In this document: piece by piece, positions 53,838 through 64,000 of the stretch
Position numbering within the stretch: position 1 is the stretch's first letter
Layout: each line of letters begins with the position of its first letter
DNA from: Methanotrichaceae archaeon
GTDB lineage: Archaea; Halobacteriota; Methanosarcinia; Methanotrichales; Methanotrichaceae
Assembly: GCA_963813075.1 (NCBI GenBank)
Contig: CAWEXU010000017.1
Location: 32,001-96,000, forward strand
Reading direction: 5' to 3'
Length of the DNA: 64,000 nucleotides
Translations under genes and position numbers: made by a program
The notes under the pieces: generated by a model
The model's database searches: none
What the model was told of the DNA's origin: nothing
The model's input: the letters and a program-made list of their open reading frames with translations, nothing else

Positions 53838-55091
53838 GTGCTTAGCTTCCAAAATAACATAGCAATATTTTAATACCAGGACCCCAATCTGATATCATGC
53901 CATTTGTGAGTGCTCGCCCTGCTTTGCAGTTAACTGAAGAAGATCTTGAGTACGTTAATAGAGCTAGTAAGTCAAGAACGCTACCGGAAAGTGCAGTTGA
54001 GCGTGCTAAGATCCTTCTTGAATACTATGAGCGCAAATCAATTTCGCAAATTGCGCGAGACTTAGGCACCAATAGGCCCAAAGTTGAGCGTACGATTGAC
54101 AAGGCCTTTGCTTATGGAATTTATGCCGCATTGGAAGATCTACCAAGAAGCGGCAGACCGCGAAAAATATCATCAGGCGCAAGAACATGGATTCTGTCTC
54201 TTGCTTGCTCAAAACCACTGGACCACGGATATCCATACGAATTATGGACACAACGTTTATTAGCAGAACATATCAGGAATCATTGTTTGGATAATGGTTT
54301 TCCAGAATTATCAAAGTTATCTCGTGGCACAGTCTCTAAAATACTTGGCGCGAGCAACGTTAAGCCCCATAAAATTTCGTCATACCTTGCTCCAATCGAT
54401 CCCGAATTTGAGTCAAAAAGCGTTGTTGTACTACATACCTATAAGCAGGTGGAATTGCTCCAACAGATGTCTAAAGAAAATAAGCCGCTCGATATGGTTA
54501 TCATTTCATATGATGAGAAGCCGGGAATCCAAGCTATTGAAAATAAATATTTGGATTTAATGCCTGCATTAGGCAAATATGCCACGCTTTCCCGCGATTA
54601 TGAATATATAAGGCATGGCACAGTATCTCTGCTCGCAGGAATTGATCTTTTGACAGGCACAGTTCATTATAGGATATTCGATAGGCATAGAAGTAAGGAG
54701 TTCGTTGAATTCTTAAAATGTGTCGATTCAGCCTATCCAAAAGATATAAAAATAATTATTATTCTCGACAATGTTAGTGTACATACCTCAAAGGAAACTA
54801 AGAGCTATCTCAAAACAGTTCCGCAACGCTTTCATTTTGTCTTTACACCAAAACATGCCTCATGGCTAAATATAATCGAGAGCCTATTCAGCAAAATGAC
54901 TCGAAGCATGCTGAGGGGGATTCGTGTATCATCCAAAAAAGAGTTGAAGGATCGCATGAGTCAATACATAGACGACATGAATGAAACTCCAACAATATTT
55001 AAATGGAAGTACAAAATGGATAAAATGGCGGGAGGGATTGTTGTCGATAAGGACGACGGGGTATTGATATGTTAATTAGGAACTGCTACAC
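53838..55091 (+). mobile_element. IS630-family insertion sequence (1254 bp), TA target duplication in CTAG context
   Basis: Imperfect ~30-bp terminal inverted repeats GTGCTTAGCTTCCAAAATAACATAGCAATA / GTGTAGCAGTTCCTAATTAACATATCAATA; TA on both flanks. Confidence 0.92.
53897..55075 (+). CDS. IS630 transposase (intact)
   Basis: HTH, DLPRSGRP, YDEKPGIQA, EYIRHGT, ILDN...H, TPKHASWLNIIE. Confidence 0.95.
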   Translation: MPFVSARPALQLTEEDLEYVNRASKSRTLPESAVERAKILLEYYERKSISQIARDLGTNRPKVERTIDKAFAYGIYAALEDLPRSGRPRKISSGARTWILSLACSKPLDHGYPYELWTQRLLAEHIRNHCLDNGFPELSKLSRGTVSKILGASNVKPHKISSYLAPIDPEFESKSVVVLHTYKQVELLQQMSKENKPLDMVIISYDEKPGIQAIENKYLDLMPALGKYATLSRDYEYIRHGTVSLLAGIDLLTGTVHYRIFDRHRSKEFVEFLKCVDSAYPKDIKIIIILDNVSVHTSKETKSYLKTVPQRFHFVFTPKHASWLNIIESLFSKMTRSMLRGIRVSSKKELKDRMSQYIDDMNETPTIFKWKYKMDKMAGGIVVDKDDGVLIC

Positions 55092-56181
55092 TAGTCCTAG
55101 AAGCGGAATGGAAAAGGAGGCGATATGGCCTTGATTTATCTTCCAAATTCCCGAAGTCGTCTTTGCTGCTTCTTCAATGGTATCTCGCATAGTTCTTGAA
55201 TTCCACCAAGCTACAAAAAACTCAGGAAGAATTATTCTAATGTCTAAAGGGACTCGAATAAATAGGTCAGGAAAAATAATACCAGGTAGTGTTTTTTCTA
55301 CTATGCCAGCACGACCGACCAAATCCTTGCTACCGTTTCCACGCACAATGAAAACATCCTTGTCCTTAACTAAATATTGAACGATCTCATTTTCATTAAT
55401 TGGTATCGGCTTTGAGTCCAAACAATTAATCTTGCCGTTTCTTAGCGCAGACAACCTAAGACACTGGACCTGTGATTCAGCACTTGTGGTTTTTACTGAT
55501 AATCCGTTTTTTAAATTCTTTCTTCCTACAAGCTCATCAATAGTAATGATTGAATTCTTTTTATAATTAAAAATGGACCTTGCTATTGATACAGAAAACG
55601 CATTAGTTTCCACCATCGCTCGCCTTCGCAACTCTCGTGCCTCCTCGATCCGGGCGGCCAGTTCCTGGATGCGGGCCACTATGCGGCGCTGCTCGTCCAG
55701 TGGTGGATGTGGAATCACATAGCTAAGAACATTCTCTGGGCGAATAGCAGCATAATTGGTCGATCCTTGGGCAGTAACTTGATCCTGGAACATTTTTGTC
55801 CGGATAAAGTAATCCAGGAATCGACGATCTAAATATTCTTCGTCAAGTGTGAAAATGAAGTAATGACTGCTTACGATAGCCCCTTCCAAATTTTCAGGGA
55901 CAATTCCAAATCCTCCAACTTTGGCATCAATCTCAGCGACCAGAAATTCGCCAGCATGACATACTTGCTGTTTCTTGGTCTTAATTTGCGAACCGTCTAT
56001 CGAATCACGCAAAACGATCCCTTGAGCGTGAAGCTGCACACGACAGCGCTTATAAGTTGAAAGATCATCGATTTGGATGAATTCTTTTCTATATCGTATC
56101 ATATCACCTAGAGGAACATTATCCCATCTCTTTCCAGACATTATTCAATCCTCTAAATGATATACCTGCATTTCCACTGGA

Positions 56182-56206
56182 ATTTCGCAGAAATTGTCTG
56201 CGAAAT
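56182..56206. other. 10-bp-stem hairpin between hsdM and hsdS
   Basis: ATTTCGCAGA-AATTG-TCTGCGAAAT. Confidence 0.6.
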
Positions 56207-56215
56207 CTTCCTCGA

Positions 56216-57763
56216 TCATCTCTTCTCCGCCAGCAGCTCTTTTATCTCGCCCATGATCTGCATGATCCTCTCTTCCTTGGCCAGAATCGACTCCACCAGC
56301 TCCTCAGGCGGCAGTTGCTCCAGGTCCTTCTTCCCGTTCGGATTCTTGATATCCAGGTTGTAGTTATTCCCGGCAATCTCCTCCGCCGGCACTCTCCAGG
56401 CCTGCTCGCCCTCGTTCCTCGACCTTCCACCAGGCCAGGCAGTCGGCAAACTCCTCGAACTGCATGGGCTTGGTCTTGGTGTAGTTCTTGCGGCCTTCGG
56501 GCAGGGCCAGCTCGTAGTACCAGACCTCTTTGGTCGGCCCGGATCGGTCGAAGAAGAGCAGGTTGGTGGGAATATTGGTGTAAGGCGCAAAGACGCCATT
56601 GGGCAGGCGCACAATCGTATGCAGGTTGAACTCCTTCAGCAGCTCCTCTTTGATCCTTGCTGCCACTCCGTCCCCGAAGAGCATTCCATTGGGCACGACC
56701 ACGCCCGCGCGCCCGGGCGCGGGCGTGCGACGCAGCTTGCGCATGATGAGCTGCAAGAACAGAAGCGTGGTCTCAGAGGTCTGCTTGTCATCCGGGAAAT
56801 TTCCCAGGATTCCGCGCTCCTCCTCGCCGCCGAAAGGTGGATTGGTCAGGATCACATCCACCCGCTGCTGCATCGCCTATCTCCCGCAGCGGGAAGCGCA
56901 GGCTGTTTTCGGAATCGATCTGCGGATAGTCTATGCCGTGCAAGAGCAGGTTCATCTGGCAGAGCATGTAGGGCAGCGGCTTGGCCTCGCCGCCCTTTAT
57001 GCTGTCCTTCTGCAGCACCTCAAAGTCCTCCACCGTCTTGCACTGCTCGTACAGGTGCTTGTAGGACTCGACCAGAAATCCGCCTGTGCCGCAGGCCGGG
57101 TCCAGGATGGTCTCGCCCAGCCTTGGATCCGTCACCGCCACCATGAAGCGGATGACCGGACGGGGGGTGTAAAACTCGCCCGAGTCGCCCGCAGCGTCCC
57201 TCATCTCTTTGAGCATCGACTCGTAAAGGTGGCTTAGGGTGTGGATCTCCTCAGAGGAGCTGAAGTGGATGGCGTTGATCTTGTTTATCATATCCCGCAG
57301 CAGGTAGCCGCTGATCATGCGGTTGACTGTGCCCCGGAAGATGGTGGCAATCACATCCCGTCCGGTCGCCTCCGTTCGCGCTCTGCAGACTGCGCAGGTA
57401 GGCGAAGAGCCCCTGGCCCTCCTGCCCATCGGGCCGCACTGCTTTGTCCTGGTTGATGAAGGCGATGAGAGCGTCTCCGGTGATGCCGTCCTCCTTCGCC
57501 GCCCAGTCCCGCCAGCGGTAAGGGGCCTCGATGGCTGGACGGAACCTCTCGCCCTTTAAAATTGCCTCTTGCTCCCTGATCTGCTCCATGTCGTCTATGA
57601 ACTTGAGGAACATCACCCAGACCAGCATGGGAAGGCGGTCCAGGTCTCCGGAGAGGCCCTTGTCCTTGCGCATGATATCCCGGCAGGACTTGACGATGCT
57701 GCCTAACTGCTGGGCGGTGGTGAGCTGAGCTTCAGAGGCTTTAGGTTTGCGCGTTCGGGCCAT
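56216..57763 (-). CDS. hsdM: Type I R-M N6-adenine methyltransferase, frameshifts near 57360, 56875 and 56420
   Basis: GEFYTPR, ILDPACGTGGFL, TNPPFGG, YNLDIKNP. Confidence 0.92.
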
Positions 57764-57782
57764 GTTATTACTACTCCTATCA

Positions 57783-60126
57783 TCAAGCGGCGTACAGCAG
57801 CACTTGTAGCTGATCCACCGCTTCCTTTAACCTTTCCGCTCCGCCAAAGATGCCAATTATCTCCCCCACGTTTCCATGCTCGGAAATGGGCGGCACCTTC
57901 AGCACCTCAGGCATCTCGAACTGCGCCGTTCCATGCTCTGAGTACTTCTCCAAAAGCTCCTCCAAAATGACTCTGGCCTCCGGTCCGTACTGCCCGAAGA
58001 AGTCCGGCTTCTTGCGCCGGAGCTGCTCAGCCCGCTGCCTGCGTGTTTGCAGGGGCGCATTGAAGGCCAAATGGCAGAGCAGGTCAAAGGAATCGGCCTC
58101 CGGCTGCCCTGCCTCGCGAGCCAGGTTGGCAAAGTCAATGCCCCGCTCCTCCAGAGCGGCGACTATCTCCGCTCTCTGCTCCAGGTCGGCCCATTTCGCT
58201 CGCAGCTCGGATGCCGTAGGGTAGAGCGTTCTCACCTTCTCTGCAGCATAATCTGTGAACTTGATCACCCGCAGCTGCTTTCCATCCGGGTCCAGCTCGG
58301 AGACGTAGTGCGTGGCGATCTCAAAGTGGCCGCCGTCCACATAGTACTTGCGTGGGGCGTCCTCATCCGGCAATTCTTGATCCTGGCCGTCGCCCTCACC
58401 CTTTCCGCAACCGCCTCCGCTTCGCTTATGGCCATCGGTCTCAATCTCGATACCAATGCGGATCTCCATCAAAAGCCGGATCGGCAAACATCTGCGTGGC
58501 GCTGCCGGTGTAGTCCAGGATGGAAAAGAAGAGCTTGCCATAGTCGTCCCGCACTCGCGTCCCGCGGCCTATGATCTGCTTGAACTCGGTCATGGAGCCG
58601 ATCACCCTCGCCAGGACGATGTTCTTGCAGGTAGGCGCATCCACTCCCGTGGAGAGCAGCTTGGAGGTTGTAAGGATCACAGGTGTCTTCGTCTCCAGCT
58701 CCTGAAACCTGCTCAAATGGCCAATCCCAATCTGTCCCTCGTCCGCCGTCACCCGGCAGACGTAATCAGAATTCTGGGCCACCAGATCGGCATTCAGATT
58801 GTTCAGAGCCCGGCGCATCTCATCCGCATGCTCCTGGTCCACGCAAAAGACGATGGTCTTGGCAAAGCGGTCAGTATTCCTCATGAACTCTGCCAGGTGG
58901 CGGGCAATGGCCTGCGTTCGAGCCCGCAAGGCAACGACGCGCTCGAAATCCTTGGTCTGATACTCGCCATCAGGAATCTCGTAGCCGAAGCGGTCTTTCT
59001 CTCCCTGGCTGGGCCTCCAGCCTGCTGCGTCAACGTCTGTGACAATGCGATGCACCCGGTACGGAGCCAGAAATCCGTCTTCAATTCCCTGCCGCAGGCT
59101 GTAGGTGTAAATGGGATCGCCAAAGTAGGCATAAGTGTCCCGGTTATCATCCCGCAGCGGCGTCGCCGTCATGCCCAACTGATAGGCGGGCTGGAAATAC
59201 TCCAGGATCTCCCTCCAGTTGCTCTCGTCTCTGGCGCTCCCCCGGTGGCACTCGTCTACTATTATCAGATCGAAGAAGTCTGGCGCATACTCCCGGAATA
59301 GGCCCGGACGCCGCTCGTCTTTCGCCAGGGACTGATAGATGGCAAAGTACATCTCCCGGCTCTTGATCGCATCTCCGTTCTCTATCTTCCAACGTGCGTC
59401 TCCAAAGGGCGTGAAAGTCTTATCCTTCGGATCGTCGATGAGTATGTTTCTGTCCGCCAAATACAGAATTCTGGGCTTGCGCGGCTCACCGCGGGAATTC
59501 CACTTCGACTCCCAGAGCTTCCAGCAAATCTGAAATGCCACAAAGGTCTTGCCAGTGCCTGTTGCCATGGTTAGGAGGATGCGTTTCTTTCCCTCTACTA
59601 TAGCCTCAATTGACTTATTGATTGCGATCTCTTGATAGTAGCGGGCGTCTTTTCCCTGGGAGCGATAGTAAGGAGCAAGAAGGCGTTCTTTCTTCTGCGC
59701 ATCCACAATTTTATGCGCATCACAGTAGCGTGACCACAGCTCGCCGGGCGATGGAAACTCTGAAAGTAATCGTTCTATTCCTGTGAAGTAGTCAAACTCA
59801 ATTATCCCATCCCCATTGGTGGCATAGGCAAATTTGAGCCCTAAAATTTCCGCATACTCCTTGGCCTGTTGCAGCCCGTCTCCAGGGTTCCTGTAAATCG
59901 GTTTGGCTTCGACAACAGCAATCTTAAAGTCCCGAGTGAAGCGAAGCAGGTAATCGGCACGCTTCTTCTTTCGGCGCTTGGGCTTATCTCCAATCATTAC
60001 GATTCGCCCGTCTGTGAAATTCTGCTGCTCGGTGAAAGAATGAGGCTCATTATCCCAGCCCGAATGGATCAGCCTGGGTACTACATACTTTCTGCAGGTA
60101 TCAGCTTCATTCAACAGGGATTCCAC
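57783..60126 (-). CDS. hsdR: Type I R-M restriction subunit (EcoAI/EcoEI-like), frameshifted near 58400-58460
   Basis: NEADTC, ADY..VVEAK, RYYQ, MATGTGKT, DECHRG, MTATP, QIIGRGTR; C-terminal EcoEI-R-like domain. Confidence 0.92.
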
Positions 60127-60826
60127 TTGTCTCTACGCCTCCAAGACACTACTCTGATATTTGAAAGATCTTGAGATTGGTGAAATCCTATGGTATTTCA
60201 ATCTATCAGTATTTATAGTAAGAGCCTTAAAAACTTTTAAAATTGATTCAATATCCATCAGGGAGGTGGCCACGTAAAGCAAGGAGTGGCAGGCGGGCAA
60301 GGTGGTGGACGCGACCAGACCTGTGGAGAATTAGAGCTATGTGCTCGTACTGCAGGCAAGCACACAGTTCAGCCTGGCCCGCCTGGGGAATATTAGCCTT
60401 TTTATATTCCAGAACCATCAACGGCTTGCCACGATTGTATCCAAGCCTCCCCGGCGTTGAGGGGACCAGGGCATTAGCGCGGGAGGCCAGCAGGCCGACT
60501 CGCGGCGCCCACTGAAAAGCAGCTCTTATGAATAAAAATCAAGCTCTAAATTCATTTCCCCAGACGCGAAGCAACCGAATGATCTCTCCCAGTCGGTCAA
60601 TAACCACACGTCATCTGCTCCATCACCGCCTGGGCCATCACAAGCTGCAGCTATCGCTTTTTACGATCCGTGCATGGGGGCAGCAGTTGTGGCCTCCTAC
60701 AGAAAGGAGTGGCATGCAGGACTGGTAGTGGATGTGGCCTTGCTGTAGAGCAAAATGCGTCATCAGATTGCAGAGCAATCGATGCGCAAGGTTTAGCCCA
60801 GTTGGATAATATTATTCATTCTATGA

Positions 60827-61386
60827 CTAATCCCCTTTGCATATCGCCAGGGTCTCCGCCTTGACCTGCTCCATCTTCTTCTTGCCTACGAATACCTCCA
60901 CCAGCTTCAAAGCGAACTCCATCGCCGTTCCCGGAGCGCGGCTGGTTATGATATTTCCGTCCACCACCACTCGATCACTGAGGAGAACTGGGCGCACGAC
61001 TTCACCTCCTCCACCCCCGAAGGGTGCACAGTGGCCTTCCGGCCCTGCAGGACTCCCGCCTTGATGAGGACCGATGGCGCTGCGCATATCGCCGCCACAT
61101 ACTTTTTCGCCTGATTCATCTCCCGCGCCATCTTCAGTATCCTTTCATCCTTTCCCAGGTTGATGAAGCCGGGCGCACCTCCGGGAAGGACCATGCCGTC
61201 GAAATCCTGCTGGTGGATCCTGTCCAGGGTGGTATCAGGCTGCACCTTAACCCCATGCGCGCCCTCTACCAATCCCTCCTTCAGCCCTGCAGTCACCACA
61301 TCTATTCCCGCCCGTCTCAGAATATCGATGACGTTCATGGCCTCGATCTCTTCGAAGCCATCTGCCAAGGGAACCAATATCTTCAT
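60827..61386 (-). CDS. DJ-1/PfpI (YajL-like) protein, frameshift near 60980
   Basis: [33 protein letters not shown]. Confidence 0.9.
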
Positions 61387-61531
61387 GCCTTAATAGCCTC
61401 CTCAATCTGCAATCAGTCTATTGGCATTGAAACCTTAAGTCTATTGCTATTGATGAAGAATAGCAAAATGGCAAAATTAGATCCAATCAAAACGCTAATC
61501 AATAAGGAATGCCTGTTTCACTGTTTGAATC

Positions 61532-61828
61532 ATGATTTGCAGACGCTGCGGAAATTGCTGCATTCATCTGGACATCTTCGTGGTCAATCCCCGGTCAATT
61601 CTTCCCGATGGATGCCTGGATAGAAGTGATCCCGAGGCCATGATCCAAAAGCCCGGCGGGCAGATGTGCCCTCATCTCGCCTTTGTGGTTATGCCAGAGG
61701 GAGAGATAGCGTGCTGCACCATCCACCACCTGCCCTGCTACAGAGATACTCCCTGCGAAAAGTTCGAGCAGATCGGCCCCGAGGACTCCATATGTCTTCT
61801 GAGCAGCTACCTGAAGGAACAGAAATGA
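61532..61828 (+). CDS. YkgJ-like cysteine-cluster protein
   Basis: CRRCGNCC, CPHL, CTIH, PC. Confidence 0.75.
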   Translation: MICRRCGNCCIHLDIFVVNPRSILPDGCLDRSDPEAMIQKPGGQMCPHLAFVVMPEGEIACCTIHHLPCYRDTPCEKFEQIGPEDSICLLSSYLKEQK

Positions 61829-61877
61829 GTTTGGAATTCGTCTGGAATGTGTCTGCAATGTGTCAATAGAATGTGGC

Positions 61878-62369
61878 CTAACTTCCTTTTGCTTCCAGCC
61901 TCTCCGATGCCATCAGAAATCCTATCGCCCTTTCCGCCAATGGGTACCTATTCACCAGAGCCTTGAACCTCTTGCCATGATTGGGCTCGATCAGGTGAGC
62001 AAGCTCGTGGACGATCACATAGTCCTCCACCCACTGAGGGAGGCTTGCCAGCCGGTTGCTAATGCGAATGGTCCGGGCGGCACAGTTGCATGAGCCGCGA
62101 CGGTGCTCCTGGCGAGAGGAATACTGAATGCTGTTCCAGGCTAAGCTTCCCTGAAAATACCTATTGTTCAGAGCCGCAGCCCTCTGGCTCAAATGAGTGT
62201 CGTCTTTGGGATAGACCCTCTTCTCAAGCCTGATCTGCAGCTTCTCTATGTGGACCTGAAGAGCGGCATCTGAGATTGAGGCCGGAGCTAAGACCTCCAT
62301 CTTTCCCCCTACCATCCGGGCCTGAATGGTCCTTTTCCGTCGCGCAGATCTCTTCACCACGATTTCCAT
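61878..62369 (-). CDS. YgjP/DUF45-like zinc metallopeptidase-fold protein
   Basis: RSARRKRT, GSC, DYVIVHELAHL...NH..F. Confidence 0.88.
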   Translation of the reverse strand: MEIVVKRSARRKRTIQARMVGGKMEVLAPASISDAALQVHIEKLQIRLEKRVYPKDDTHLSQRAAALNNRYFQGSLAWNSIQYSSRQEHRRGSCNCAARTIRISNRLASLPQWVEDYVIVHELAHLIEPNHGKRFKALVNRYPLAERAIGFLMASERLEAKGS

Positions 62370-62520
62370 AAAAGCTGGCCCCTCCTGAGCGATGATAGTA
62401 TAGGGTGGTATTAATAACTTTCTTTCTGAAGTTTATCATGAACTACAGAGGAAATAGTCATGATATATTATCGTATATCTTCAATAAGTTTTATCGACAT
62501 ATCTAAATCACTCTCAGCCA

Positions 62521-62575
62521 AACAAACCTCATCCTAACAAACCTCCTCCAACAAACCTTCGGGCCAACAAACCTC
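62521..62575. repeat. Four direct repeats of AACAAACCT at 14-16 nt spacing
   Basis: Copies at 62521, 62536, 62550, 62566. Confidence 0.85.
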
Positions 62576-62693
62576 TGCCAATAATCACAATTTTTTCCGG
62601 CCACCCGTAAAGGTCATTAACTATGAGACTATTTAAAAAATACATAAGTTTATATCGATATTAGCCTGAAATATACCGAGGGGGTTATCAATC

Positions 62694-64000
62694 TTGGGAA
62701 CCGATGAGATCAAAGAGATACAAAGCAAGATCAAGGGAATGAGTCTCACCTGGGCGGCAGGAAAGACGGATGTCTCAGAACTGGCACCGGAGGAGAAGAT
62801 GCGCTACCTTGGCCTGGTCATTCCGGAGGAAGAGAAGATGATGATCCAGCAGCTGGCGGAAAGGGATCGCACTCTGGCTGCCAGGGCCGGGGCAGCTTCC
62901 ATATATCCCACTCAGTGGGACTGGAGGGACGTATCCGGCAACGACTGGACGACGCCGATCAGGGATCAGAAGCAGTGCGGCTCTTGTGTTGCCTTTGCCA
63001 CTGTGGCGGCCATTGAGGCCAATTTGGAGATCTTCAAGAGGGACCCGGCCCTCAATCCAGATCTCTCTGAGGCCGACCTCTTCTTCAGAGGCTGCGGCGA
63101 CTGCTGCGGACGGGGCTGGTATTTCGCCCCTGCCCTGAGATTTGCCCAGTCCAGCGGAGTGCCGGACGAGGGATGCAATCCTTACCAGGGGGATAGTACC
63201 GGCAGCTGCACGGACAGGGACAAAAGGGTGGTCAAGATAGAGAGCTACAAGACCATAACCAATAGCTCTCAGGCTAAGGAATGGCTCAGCCAGCGGGGTC
63301 CGCTCATCAGCGGATTTAGCGTCTATGAGGACTTCTTCTATTATGAGAAAGGGGTCTACCAGAACGCATACGGCGGATTTATGGGCGACCATGCGGTATG
63401 CATCGTGGGCTTCGATGACGCCAAGGGCTGCTGGATCTGCAAGAACAGCTGGGGACAGGGCTGGGGGGAGAGCGGCTGGTTCAAGATCGCCTATGGTGAA
63501 TGCGGAATGGGCGGCCAGTTCCCATTCTATGGCATCCAGTTCACGGCAGACGACGACCTGGTCATGCCCAGATCGGGAAGGGTGATTGTGCGTTTTACCG
63601 GCAGGAACACCCCACTGGATAACGAGATCTGGCTGTACCGCCCTGAGGAGAAGCTGATCTTCCGGGCAGTGGACTCTGAAATGGGCAAGATCTACGATCT
63701 GGGGGTCTATCCATCCGGGACCAGGCTCACATTCGCCCTGAAGACCTCGGATGGGCACGTCTACTACAGCGACCAGCTCTTAAACGACGACGTCTGCGAC
63801 CATGTGAACAGGACCAGCATAGGGACCTTCAAATGGCAACTGAATTGGGAGGACCTCTACGGCCTGGGAGAGAAGGACTACAACGATGTTATAATGGAGA
63901 TTGAGATCTACAGCGCCACCACCGAGGACGTGGTTATGCCCAAAGAGGGGAGGGTCTTTGCCACCCTCAAAAGAAGGTATGCCGCCACGAAAGAGGAGTT
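62694..64000 (+). CDS. Papain-like (C1A) cysteine peptidase with C-terminal DUF4114-like repeat; truncated by window end
   Basis: GAGGGG RBS + TTG; WDWR, IRDQKQCGSCVAF, GDHAVCIVG, ICKNSWG; WEDLYGLGEKDYND; absent from ORF track. Confidence 0.9.
   Translation, partial: MGTDEIKEIQSKIKGMSLTWAAGKTDVSELAPEEKMRYLGLVIPEEEKMMIQQLAERDRTLAARAGAASIYPTQWDWRDVSGNDWTTPIRDQKQCGSCVAFATVAAIEANLEIFKRDPALNPDLSEADLFFRGCGDCCGRGWYFAPALRFAQSSGVPDEGCNPYQGDSTGSCTDRDKRVVKIESYKTITNSSQAKEWLSQRGPLISGFSVYEDFFYYEKGVYQNAYGGFMGDHAVCIVGFDDAKGCWICKNSWGQGWGESGWFKIAYGECGMGGQFPFYGIQFTADDDLVMPRSGRVIVRFTGRNTPLDNEIWLYRPEEKLIFRAVDSEMGKIYDLGVYPSGTRLTFALKTSDGHVYYSDQLLNDDVCDHVNRTSIGTFKWQLNWEDLYGLGEKDYNDVIMEIEIYSATTEDVVMPKEGRVFATLKRRYAATKEE

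Larger units (their letters stand above)
53692..56141 (-). pseudogene. hsdS: Type I R-M specificity subunit interrupted by IS630
   Basis: Two TRDs; PPLDEQRRIV central repeat; removing the IS restores IPLLGLEEQHRIVAYLD...LLPAVLERAFQGEL*. Confidence 0.92.

Noticed and set aside
56165..56185. ORB-like TTCCAGTGGAAA (minus strand) as a replication origin
   Set aside because: Single copy inside an R-M operon; no G-string, no cdc6/orc1, no unwinding element
20340..61386. Programmed frameshifting or stop-codon recoding in split genes
   Set aside because: Breaks share no slippery motif and are indels rather than in-frame stops; sequencing error is simpler
62521..62575. Possible CRISPR array
   Set aside because: Repeats of 9-10 nt and spacers of about 5-7 nt are far too short; no cas genes in the window
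62775..63758. 327-aa minus-strand ORF
   Set aside because: Antisense shadow of the plus-strand C1 peptidase

Overview
Archaeal chromosomal window from a methanogen, most likely Methanothrix (Methanosaeta) or a relative. This is inferred from methanogenesis marker proteins 8 and 16, two-subunit ATP-citrate lyase, rps17e-dapA-dapB, archaeal SecDF, ATP-dependent ligase and GGAGG/GGTGA ribosome-binding sites. The middle (~10.7-51.7 kb) is mostly housekeeping: thiI, tRNA-Pro(TGG), aclBA, an aconitase-family large subunit, ribK, a RecJ-like nuclease, dapF/A/B, HPS-RraA, secFD, a glycosylation cluster, xth, thiD, hom, lig and hisD. Two accessory regions stand out. (1) At 1.5-10.4 kb: a cholesterol-oxidase-like GMC flavoprotein, a beta-helix surface protein, a tightly coupled three-gene operon of unknown function (two possible tubular lipid-binding proteins plus a copper-ligand-free tandem cupredoxin-like protein), a stand-alone LigD phosphoesterase and a KGG/Em stress protein. 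(2) At 51.7-60.1 kb: a type I restriction-modification locus whose hsdS is interrupted by an IS630, followed by a translationally coupled ABC-ATPase + PIN-like nuclease pair that is a candidate accessory defence module. Several genes are missing from the ORF track: four small proteins and a papain-like protease that runs off the right edge. Many genes, including secF, carry single-base frameshifts, so most are probably long-read consensus errors. All family assignments come from motif recognition by eye; no searches were run.
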